From Eledone cirrhosa (taxonomy: Eukaryota), in contig OZ024743.1 of assembly GCA_964016885.1 (NCBI GenBank), positions 332,072,001 to 332,136,000 of the forward strand: DNA of 64,000 nucleotides. The letters are read 5' to 3'. Shown one piece after another: positions 36,900 through 47,874 of this stretch (the first letter of the stretch is position 1; each line of letters begins with the position of its first letter). The position numbers and the translations under genes were made by a program. A model generated the notes under the pieces. The model had not been told where the DNA came from. It did no database searches and was given only the letters and a program-made list of their open reading frames with translations.

Positions 36900-37395
36900 A
36901 ACAAGGCCCATTTTCTCCCTACATAAAATTGAGTGCTGTGCACCTTTTTAAACAGCTGTCATGCTTCATATGCATCACTATACTAAGGCAAACTCCTCTC
37001 CTGCACACTGTATCTGATCCCTCTTGTGTCCGGTTTCATTAATGCTTTGCCGTTCATGTATATTACTATTTCACATTCATTGAAGCATGGAAGCTTCCTT
37101 TCTTTCCAGCTTTGGCAGGCCCTCTGCACACAGTGCCTAGGTCTCACTACCATGTAACATTGCCGTTCGTATACATGCATCATACAATCTACTCTTCATT
37201 TTGAGGGAAAAATCTTTTGTAGCTAGCAGTGGTAGTAGTTCTCTAAACTTCTTCCATCCCATTCTCACTCTGGCTACTATACTTTCAGATCACCCACCTC
37301 CACTGCTAATTTGGTCACCCAGGTAGCAAAAGCTGTCTATTACTTCTGGGGAACCTTCAAAGAATTTGAGAGCATTTGTTTCCTGTGGTGTTTCT
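36900..37395 (-). pseudogene. Older degraded RTE C-terminal fragment
   Basis: Homologous to the FRYLGD..GGG.SES..ARVR.GWKKFREL..YDACIRTAMLHGSET..RGIR region. Confidence 0.8.
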
Positions 37396-37692
37396 GTCAG
37401 AGTATAATCACATTGAGCTTAGATATTCTCACTCACAATTTCTTTTCTATATATATGTGTGTGTGGGTTTATGTACATGCATATACAGGATGTCCCAAAA
37501 ATGTATACACACCTCAACAGCCTTCTAATAAATATTGCCTGTACAGGTAATCAAAGTGTGTATACATTTTTGGGGGGACACACCCTCTATGTATTTCATA
37601 CAACAATATGGTCTTTTCCTATATATATATATAATTGTATTAATATATATATATTAGAAAAGGAAAGTAAGGATTCTATACAAAACAGTGGA

Positions 37693-38435
37693 TATAGAGA
37701 AAAGGTGAAGTTGGAAATAGCACAGGAAATATATTTAAGAGTCTGTTTTTCTTTTTTGATTCGTCAAAGTGACATTATTGAAAAGATAAAGTACAAAGCG
37801 AAACCTATAGTCAGTAGGCACCTCTTAACAAAAATACACCCCCGTCCCATTACCCCCACCCCATCCACACCACCCCTTTCGATGTAAAGTTATGTTGGTA
37901 CCACAACATCCAGTCCAAAATAAATGAGGTCATGTAGGTGTCACAATAAAAAAACACACAGTCCACGCTATAATGTGGCCGTGTAGGTAACACGGTAAAA
38001 ACCTCCCAGTCCACACTGTAAACGTGGTTGGTGTTAGGAAGGGCATCCAGCCATAGAAAACCCGCCAGACAGTCCTATACGAGCAAGACAACCAATCTTG
38101 CCTCAAGTGGGAAAATTCCCTTCCAAACTCTTGCTAGCGTGGAAGATGGACGTTAAACGATGATGATGATGATGATGATAACATTATTAAAAAAATGAGA
38201 GGAACAATTCTTTTTTAAAAAAATTTTTTTATAATGTATATAAAATGTATGAAGAATTACCGGTTTCGATGTGTTATTAAAATCCATCTTATTAAATGTT
38301 GATTTTAAAAAGTATTGTCCCTCTCATTTTTTAAAAAATGTTATCTTTTCAATAATGTCACTTTGACGAATCAAAAAAGAAAAACAGACCCTTAAATATA
38401 TTTCCCGTGCTATTTCCAAATTCACCTTTTCTATA
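37693..38435. repeat. Inverted repeat (~135-bp arms) at the 5' end of the Penelope-like element; left arm split by an RTE 3' fragment
   Basis: 37695-37790 joined to 38181-38220 is the reverse complement of 38304-38433. Confidence 0.85.
37791..38180 (+). mobile_element. RTE 3'UTR-only insertion
   Basis: Matches 18005-18397, with a (GAT)n tail and GATAA at both junctions. Confidence 0.9.
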
Positions 38436-38473
38436 TATATATATATATATAGAAAATTTAACCAACATACACC

Positions 38474-40570
38474 ATGGACCTTTATGAATTGGATTATTCA
38501 ATCAAAAATATACCTACTCCTTCCAACACAACTTATACCAAAATGCTTATAGATAAAATCGAACAAGTCGTTAAAAGAATGAGATGGAAGGCAATGGTTT
38601 ACGATGGACTATTCAGTGCTGATACTAATGATTGTTTTGACATAAAATCCCGTAAATATCCACCTAGAATTAAAGACATGGCTAACTTCGAATTAGACCT
38701 TGTTAATTTAATTAGTGATATCAAATTTCGTAACTACAATAATAATTTTCAAACTAAACTGTCTAACGATATTTCTAATTTTAAAAATTCTACAAACACC
38801 TTTGTTCTTTCTGATAAAACTAAAAATCTCTTTGAAGTTAATAGTATTTTGTATAACCAACTTTTAACTAATAGTATCACCAACAAATATCAATTAACTA
38901 ATAATAATACCTACAATACTATTAATAAAGAAGATAAAGAACTAGCTAGTTCTTTAAAAATAGACAACCGGATTGAAAGCCTAGCTAAGCGTAAAGCATA
39001 TATTACCCTTAAAGACCATAAATTAGACTCTACTAGTCGACCTAGTTGTAGACTGATTAACCCGGCTAAATCCGAAGTTCGCCTTGCAAGTAAAAAAATC
39101 TTAAGAAAAATAATTCTCCAAATTAGAACTAAGACTGACCTATCACAGTGGCTAAATACTTCCTCTGTTATTTCTTGGTTTAATAATATACAAGGTAAAA
39201 ATAAGTGTAGATTTACCGAATTTGATATTGTTGATTTTTACCCCTCTATTACCGTTTCCTTATTAACTAATGCCTTAGAGTTTGCAAGACCCTTCATTAA
39301 TATTTCTAAATTAGAAGAAGACATTATCTTTCATGCTAGAAAAACTTTACTCTTTACTAATGAAAATATTTGGGTTAAAAAGTCAAACCCTGAAAACTCT
39401 TTTGATGTTGCAATGGGTTCATATGATAGTGTGGATGTGTGTGACTTAGTAGGCTTATTCCTTCTCCACAACCTCAAAAAGAAATTTCCTTCCCATAATA
39501 TCGGTTTATACCGTGATGACGGATTGGCAGTTTCTCATACCACCAACGGCCATAACCTTGATAAATTCCGTAAAGATTTAATCAATACTTTTGCTAATCT
39601 TAACCTTAAAATTACTATAGATACAAACCTTACCAATGCTAACTTTCTTGACATTAATCTTGATCTACTTACCGCCTCTTTTAAACCTTATCATAAACCT
39701 AATGAAAATCTTAGGTATATACACAAAGAGTCTTGCCATCCCCCTATAGTTTTTAAAAATCTTATTCCCAACATTAGCCGTAGGATTTCTACCTTATCTT
39801 CGTCTATAGACATTTTTAATAAAGCCGCCCCTTATTATAATAAAGCCCTTAAAAACAGCAGTTTTACAGAACAAATTTATTATATACCTACTCCCCCCCC
39901 CCCCTAAAACTAACCACAATAATAGGAAAAGGAAAATTATTTGGTTTACACCCTCCTTCTCTCTGTCAAAACTAATGTAGGAAGGAAATTCCTTGAACTC
40001 TTAGATAAACATTTTCCTCCTAATCATAGATATTATAAGATATTTTGCCCATCAATGAAGTCCAAGATCACTAATTCAAATCATACGAGAACAAATCCAG
40101 GATGCAGTTGCAGGAAGCCGGATGAATGCCCATTGCAGGGCAAATGTAACACCAAATCTGTTGTTTACGAGGCTAAAGTGACACCTTTAATCAACAACGA
40201 GCCAGCCAGGAGTGAGCGATATGTTGGCATGACCCAGGACAGGTTTAAAACCAGGTTTTATGCACATGTCGCTTCTTTTAAGCACTCCGATAAACGAACA
40301 ACAACAGCCCTCGCAAGTAAGGTGTGGGAATTCAAGAATAAAAACATCCCGTACTCTATCGATTGGTCTATTTTAGACCATTCGAGGGAGTACCAAAGGG
40401 GCACAAAGAATTGTTCTTTGTGTACCACAGAAAAATATAGGATTTTGCTAAGCTTGAAAGCCACTTCTGCTTGCCTGAACTCAAAGACCGAGATCTTCAG
40501 ATGTTGTCCTCATCTGAAATCACATCTGATCTGTAACTGGATTGACATTCCTATAACTCAACCACCTTGA
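38474..40570 (+). pseudogene. Penelope-like retroelement ORF (RT + C-terminal GIY-YIG endonuclease), resembling the Hydra clade; two compensating frameshifts and a small deletion
   Basis: N-terminal YSIKNIP..RMRWKA; SDKTKN; RT motifs FDIVDFYPSI, VAMGSYD, LYRDDGL, NFLDINL; linker CSCRKPDECPLQGKC; endonuclease VVYEAKV..YVGMT..FKTRFYAH..CSLC..EK..LNSKTE..CCPH. The bridging peptide RKRKIIWFTP is in another frame at 39921-39960, between a C12 run and a CT repeat. Confidence 0.9.
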
Positions 40571-40779
40571 ACTCCTTTCCTGCTCTTTACTTCCACTACG
40601 GTTTTTTTACCTGCTGAATCCACATTCTGTACTCTTGTATTCTCTTTCTCCCTTATCTTCCCTTATATTTAAACCTTTCCCTATGTCATTTATTTCCCCC
40701 CTCTTTTCCCCCCTATTTTTTGCCTTACCCTTCACATACCAAACATTTTTTTTATTTTTAGATATTAATTTTTTTTTTT

Positions 40780-41228
40780 GTGTTGCGTATATGTATGTGT
40801 GTATCTATGTATATGTATGTATATATATATATATATATGTATATATATGTGTGTATGTATATGTGTGTGTATATGGATATGTGTATGTATATATGTGTGT
40901 GTATGTATGGTTATATCTATCTGTATGTAATTGTATATGTATATATAATCATATATATTATATATTTCTGTTGTATTTGTGCGCGTGTGTGTATATATTT
41001 ATATGTAAGTATGTATTTGTGTATATATGTGTGTATATATATATATATATGTATGTATATATGTGTATGTATGTATGTATATATAGATTTAATGTGTGTG
41101 TATGGGCGTGTGTATATTTGTGCGTGTATATGTATTTTTTATATAATGGTTTTGTGTGTATATATATAATAGCCTCAGAAAAGGCTTGAGCTCTGTCGTG
41201 GGGTCAGACTTTTTTCCTATGTGTGTGT

Positions 41229-41285
<57 letters not shown>

Positions 41286-41324
41286 ATGTGTAATTGTATG
41301 TGTGTGTGTATTTCTGTGGTTGTG

Positions 41325-41374
<50 letters not shown>

Positions 41375-41923
41375 CATATATATGTGTATATGTGTGTGTA
41401 TATGTATATATGTATAAGGGTGTATGTATATGCATCATTACATATAGTGATTTAATGATTATTTTCATTGATCTTTTACTCCAGGAACTTGTTGAGTGCT
41501 CTAAATCTGCTATAAGCATTTTTTTCTTTATTATTTGTCGTATTCCCAACTTTTTATTTTCATTTTTATTTTTATATATACAATATTTTTTATATATATA
41601 CAATATTTAATTTTTATATATATAATAATTATGTTCTTTCTCATATATATATATATATATATTGAGTTATATATGTATATGTGTGTGTGTATGTACGTAT
41701 GCATACGTATGTGTATGTATATATGTGTGTGTAGTTATATATGTGTATGTGAGTATGTATGTGTGTGTATATATATATATATATAGAGTTAAATAAGGTT
41801 CATATGAATTATCTAAGAATGAGTTTTACACACATATATATGTGTGTGTGTTTGTATTTGTATGTACGTGTTTGTGATATGTATGTATATGTATTTGTAT
41901 TTTTGTATGGTTATGTATGTGTG

Positions 41924-41999
<76 letters not shown>

Positions 42000-42122
42000 T
42001 ATATGTGTGTGTGTGTGTGTATGTATTTGTGTATGCGTATGTATGTGTTTATGTATTTGTATATGTATATTTATGTGTGAGAGTGTGTATGTATTTATTT
42101 TTACATATGTATGTGTACGTGT
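40780..42122. repeat. Long TA/TG mosaic microsatellite region downstream of the Penelope-like ORF
   Basis: Visible, interrupted by short unique stretches. Confidence 0.85.
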
Positions 42123-42549
42123 ATCAACCAGAAATTGGCCAAGCATGGTGAATACAGTTACATCCCTGACATAACCAAACACCAAACAGAAAGTAATGGA
42201 GGTCGACCAGGGAGAGGTTCCTCCAACATGAGTGAAAAGGAATTGAATTGAATAGAAGATAACTAATATTTCTAGCCAACAGGGAGAATTTAATAGCAGG
42301 GCATATAAAGGGAGAAAGTTAGATCTAATCAAAAGTTTAGATATAAAGTAAACTGGAGAGACACTTGAGGATACAGTGTTGGTGATCATGTGACAATGTG
42401 ACAACCTATCTAGTGTTGATGTCATGATATAATGCATCCAGTACACTCTATAAAGAGCTAATAGTTGCACCATGAAAAAATACACCCAATACACTCTGTA
42501 AAGTAGTAGTAGTTGAGCCATGAAAAAATACACCCAGAATTTCAAGTGA

Positions 42550-42718
42550 TTTATTAAAATTAATAATTATTTCATTACTAAGATAGTAACTTAATGTAAG
42601 GTTATTATATAAAATTATGTTGGAAGATTTTAATTTAAATGGGAAACCTTTAAATTGGGTTGTTTTATTTCATAGAACCAGAGCTGGGTTTTGGCTGGGT
42701 TGGTAGCTAAATGGTTAA
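42550..42718 (-). mobile_element. piggyBac-like MITE, same family as 14898-15081
   Basis: Reverse complement TTAACCATTT..CCAGCCAAAACCCAGCTCTGGTTCTATGAAATAAAAC..AAAGGTTTCC..AAATTAAAATCTTCCAA aligns to 14894-14990. Confidence 0.7.
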
Positions 42719-42971
42719 AGAAGGCCATCCAACATATAACCAAAATGATGTTGCTACAACTCATCTGTGGCAGACACTGACAACCTATCCAACCCAAGCC
42801 AGCATGGAAATTTAATCTATATTATGATAAGAGCAGTGTCTGTCTGTCCGTACATCACAATCAATTTATATAGAGGAGGGGGGATCCAAGTGAGGGATAT
42901 GTACCAAACTCATGACCTCATGACTGTGAATCAAACTCTCTAACCACTAAGCCACATATACACATAAATAC

Positions 42972-43409
42972 AATTATAATAATAATAATAATAATGAAAT
43001 ATTGTGTACAGTGCTCAGGTGCACTACAACTCATCAAAAAGTGTATGTATAGTACATAGTGTAATGTACAAACGTCAGGAAAATGAACAGTGCAAGAGTC
43101 ATGATATACACATGTGTGCATGTGTATGGAAGGGGTACATCAGGTGTAGTTTTGGCTAATTTCGGGAAGCATGAGGGTTTTAAAGGATGCAGTGACTCGG
43201 CAGCTAACAACTGACGCATGCAATTTGTTCCATGCTTCAGCAACTCTGAGCGTGAAAAAATGTTTACGAAAGTCATGGGAGCTGTGCTGTTTTCTGATTT
43301 TGTAGGCATGTCCACGTGTGTTAGACACATGGAGATCAAAAAGGTGCTCAGGGTTGTTATTGGCGAGATGGTTAATAACTTTGTGGGTGTTTACCAAGTC
43401 CATTGCCAG
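42972..43409 (-). mobile_element. CR1-type LINE 3' fragment
   Basis: Minus-strand translation DL...HKVIN..LF..NTRGHAYKI..RKHFFTLRVAEAWNKL..VV..SFK is the typical CR1 ORF2 C-terminus. 3'UTR ends in (ATT)n. Confidence 0.8.
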
Positions 43410-43968
43410 ATGTGAGGTAAAACCTTTACTGTGAAAATACAATAGTATATATAGAGTAATGTAAATATTATGTGAGATATTATGTGAGGTAAAGCCTTTA
43501 CTGTGAAAATACAATAGTATATATAGAGTAATGTAAATATTATGTGAGATATTATGTGAGGTAAAGCCTTTACTGTGAAAATACAATAGTATATATAAAG
43601 TAATGTAAATGTTATGTGAGATATTATGTGAGGTAAAGCCTTTACTGTGAAAATACAATAGTATATATAAAGTAATGTAAATGTTATGTGAGATATTATG
43701 TGAGGTAAAGACTTTATTGTGAAAATACAATAGTAAATATAGAGTAATGTAAATGTTATGTGAGATATTATGTGAGGTAAAGCCTTTACTGTGAAAATAC
43801 AATAGTATATATAGAGTAATGTAAATATTATGTGAGATATTATGTGAAGTAAAGCCTTCACTGTGAAAATACAATAGTATATATAGAGTAATGTAAATGT
43901 TATGCAAGATATGTGAGGTAAAGACTTTACTGTGAAAATACAATAGTATATATAGAGTAATGTAAATG
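43410..43968. repeat. 72-bp minisatellite, ~7.8 copies
   Basis: ATGTGAGGTAAAGCCTTTACTGTGAAAATACAATAG... begins at 43410, 43482, 43554, 43626, 43698, 43770, 43842 and ~43911. Confidence 0.95.
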
Positions 43969-44326
43969 CTAAAGGGTTAAAGTGTTCATAGTTAGCTAAA
44001 GAAGCTACCACCATTATTTCATAAGAACTTTTAAGTTATGTTCCAAACAGTTTTTAAAAATTAGGAAGTTTATTTTACTAAATCCCCCAAAATTATTTGA
44101 AAATCACATGCATTAGAAATATGGTAATGAAATGGATATGATGATGTATATATATATATATATATAGGAGGTGAGTTTTATTGTAGTACAATAAAGCAAT
44201 GCAGATATCGGATAAGAAGCACTCTACAATTTGTAGGACTGGAGTATACATAATATATAAGAACAAACAGTTGATTTAAAACTGCACTATCCACAAGTGT
44301 TTTTTAACCTTCATATCATGTCTTCC

Positions 44327-44397
44327 TATTTTATCTGATGAAAACACAAATATTATTGCATGATGATATTTGTTTTTGAAATGCGCATAATAAAATA
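44327..44397 (+). ncRNA. Type I hammerhead ribozyme with palindromic stem III
   Basis: TATTTTAT-CTGATGA-[AAACACAAATATTAT/ATGATATTTGTTTTT stem II]-GAAA-TGCGCA-TA/ATAAAATA. Perfect 8-bp stem I. Lies in a ~265-bp segment bounded by (TA)n. Confidence 0.8.
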
Positions 44398-44427
44398 CAT
44401 GGAACTCTTTTAACCATCTTTTGTTCT

Positions 44428-44488
<61 letters not shown>

Positions 44489-44605
44489 AGAATATTTTCG
44501 AAACAGCGAGCGGGTTTGAAATTATTAGAAATGTAAGCTATCGCCGTATTTTGACTAAAGAAATTAAAGAAATTATTTAGCCTGATATATATATATATAT
44601 ATATA

Positions 44606-45096
44606 CAAAATGACACGAAATGAAAGGAGCCGTGTGGCCACTAGAAACAAGGCTTAGGAAGGTGGTCAGGACAGAACAAGAGGAGAAAGGAAGAAAGGAG
44701 GCTCACCTCGTCAGCTGCACACATATATATATATACAATTAGAAATGCAAGCCATCGCCGCACTTCAACTAAAGAAACTATTCAGCCCGACAGTGGGGCC
44801 AAGAACCCTCGGAGAAACATAAAAAGATGAGTATTGACGTACTCCCATGTACGTCAATACTCAACCTTTTCCACCTCTCCAAGGGCTCCCAACCCCACTA
44901 TCAGGCCAAATAACTTCTCCAACTTCCTCAGCCAAAACACAGCAACAGCTCACATTTCCAACAATATATATATATATATATACACAGCTGACAAAGCGAA
45001 TCTCCCCACCTCCCCTCTCCTCCTGTTCCGTCCAAACCACCTTCCCAAACCCTGCCTCCAGCAACCACACAGCTCCCCTCACCTCGCATCACTTCA
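44606..45096. repeat. Long imperfect palindrome (centre 44843-44848) with strand-biased transition mismatches
   Basis: Perfect inner stem 44828-44842 / 44849-44863. The outer arms align but differ almost only by A/G and C/T in one direction. A third partial copy lies at 44521-44587. Confidence 0.92.
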
Positions 45097-45139
45097 CACA
45101 TATATATATATATATGTATACATATATTTATCTATATAA

Positions 45140-47822
45140 TAGACCTCATAGTCAGGAATAGACATACTCAACGACAGAGGAGGCCTACCTTGAGGAGAAG
45201 AATATGGAAGTTGAAGGACCCCATAGCCAGTGACAAATTGAAAAGCTTATTACTTGATGCCTTTGACAATAAGGAAGAGCAATTAGAGATGTGCGATATA
45301 GAGGAACAGTGGCAATTCTTGAAAGTGAACCTGCTGAGAGCAACGGATGAAATCTGTGGCTGGAGCAGACCTATTGGCAGGAGGAGAGTAACTTGGTGGT
45401 GGAACAAAAAGCAGGCTTGGAAAGTATGGCAGGATGGGGGAAGTAGAGAGCACTATCAAGTGACCAGGACAGAAGCTAGGAGACAAGTGTACCTTGCAAA
45501 AAGGGTAGCAGAGGATAGAAAGTTCAAGCATGTTCTACAACATGAGGACCAAAAACGTGAGGTGTTCAGGATTGCTAGACAATGTGTCAAGGAAAACCGT
45601 GATATTGTCGGGGAGAAGTGTGTCCGTAATGATAACGGTGTACTTGCCCTCACTGATACTGATAAGAAGATAGCCTGGAAGTGTCACTACAAGAGACTAT
45701 TAAATGAGGAGAATAAATGGGAAAAAGATAGTCTGCCCCAAATCGATCCAATTGAGGGACCAGCGGTGCAAGTTAATGGTAGTATAATAAGTAAGGCAAT
45801 CAAAGATATGAAGACAGGAAAGGCAGCTTGGCCTTCGGAGATAGTTGCTGAGATGTTGAAGGCATCTGGTATGGTGGGACACACTATGGTCATCCGTATA
45901 GTTAACCAAGTAATACAGAATGCGGTCATACCAAAAGACTTGCGTAGCAGCATCATCATTAACTGATACAAGGGTAAAGGGGATGCTCTAGATAGGGAAA
46001 ACTATAGAGGCATTAAGTTAGTTGACCAGGTCATGAAGGTTACAGAAAGAGTTATAGCGCAACTAATCAGAGAGCGAATTGATCTGGATGAAATGCAGTT
46101 TGGGTTTGTGTCAGGTAAAAGTACCACAGACGCTCTTTTCTTTGTACGACAACTACAAGAGAAGTACCTAGCTAAAAGTAAACCCCTCTACTTAGCTTTT
46201 GTAGACCTGGCGAAAGCCTTTGACAGAGTCCCATGCTCCATTATCTGCAGGGCTCTTAGAAAACTAGGTGTAGATAAATGGCTTGTGAGAGCTATACAAA
46301 CTATATATAATGAAACAGTTAGTAAGGTTAGAATTAACAATGAATATAGTGAAGAATTTAGCGTAAAAGTTGGTGTTCATCAGGGCTCTGTCCTTAGCCC
46401 CTACTATTTATTATTGCCCTTCAGGCTATAACAGAGGAGTTCAAGACCGGCTGCCCATGGGAACTCCTATACGCAGATGATCTGACGCTCATATCTGAAT
46501 CAATGGCCGAACTAGAGAAGAAATTCCAAACATGGAAGCATGGCCTAGAAGCAAAAGGCCTTAAAATTAACCTGTCTAAGACTAAAGTCCTAGTTTGTAG
46601 AAAGGAAAATAGGGCACAGGTGCCCTCAGGGAAATGGTCATGCTCAGTGTGTAGGAAAGGAGTAGGCAGAAATTTCATTTTATGTCCCAAATGCAAAGTA
46701 TGGGTGCATAAAAGATGTAGTGGGATCACAGGTAAACTATCTAAGAACGTAGACTTTATATGTAGCCAATGCTCAGGTGAAATAAGTAGCAAGTGTCCAC
46801 AGGATACTAGCTCTTTCTATTGCCCAGATGGTTCTATAGAAATAGTGGACACCTTCCGTTACCTGGGTGACAAAATCAGCAGTGGTGGAGGGTGTTCTGA
46901 AAGTACAGTAGCCAGAGTCAGTATGGAAAAAGTTCAGAGAGCTTATACCGCTGTTGGCCACGTTTCTCTCTAAAAATGAAAGGCAGATTGTATGATGCCT
47001 GTATACAACAGCAATGCTACATGGCAGTGAGACATGGGCATTACGTGCAGAGGACCTGCGCAGACTGGAAAGGAACAAAGCATGCATGCTCCGTTGGATA
47101 TGTAATAGTAATATACGTGAACGGCAAAGCATAAATGAACTAAGTGAGAAATTAGGAATAAGAGGGATCAGATGGTGTTTACTTGTGAGAAGACTACGTT
47201 GGTACGGTTACATGATGCGCATGAAAGACACCAGCTGCATAAAAAAGTGCAGGGCGATCAAAATTGATGGTAGTTACGGAGTAGGGAGACCCAGAAAAAC
47301 CTGGGACGATCTGATAAATTCCGACCTACACACTTACACCTCTCCAAGACAATGTCACTGGACCGAGATCTTTGGCGCTACGCAGTAATACAGAAGACCC
47401 GCCTTACCTTGTACAAAGTGAAACCTACAGTCAGTAGGCACCTCTTAACCAAATATACACCCCAATCCACTGCCCCTACCCTATCCTCCCACTCCCACCA
47501 ACCTCTCTCTGTAAAGTTGGTACCACAACATCCAGCCCAAATAAATGAGATAATGAGATCGAGATTGTGTAGGTGTCACAACAAAAAAACACAGTCCACG
47601 CTGTAATGTGGCCGTGTAGGTAACACGATAAAAAGTTCCCAGTTCCACACTGTAAATGTGGTTGGTGTTAGGAAGAGCATCCAGCCGTAGAAAACCTGCC
47701 AGATAGTCCTATATGAGCGAGACACAGTTACTCGACCTACCTTGCCCTAACTGGGACAACTCACGTCTAACCCATGCTAGCGTGGAAGATGGACGTTAAA
47801 CGATGATGATGATGATGATGAT
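45140..47822 (+). mobile_element. 5'-truncated RTE LINE, inactivated
   Basis: ORF pieces 45190-45966, 46033-46431, 46503-46973 and 47014-47388; 3'UTR; (GAT)n tail followed by (TA)n. Confidence 0.95.
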
Positions 47823-47836
47823 ATATATAATATATA

Positions 47837-47867
<31 letters not shown>

Positions 47868-47874
47868 CATATAT

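Noticed and set aside
37693-38435. Editing signature in the Penelope 5' inverted repeat
   Set aside because: Only about seven arm mismatches of mixed types, with no clear directional bias.
6742-42545. Numerous ORFs rich in Y/I/C/V/H/T, or poly-His, poly-Val and poly-Gly
   Set aside because: They are translations of dinucleotide and trinucleotide microsatellites that happen to lack stop codons.
43140-44014. 267-aa and 207-aa ORFs with 24-aa repeats
   Set aside because: Read-through of the 72-bp minisatellite, in one frame joined by chance to a CR1 remnant.
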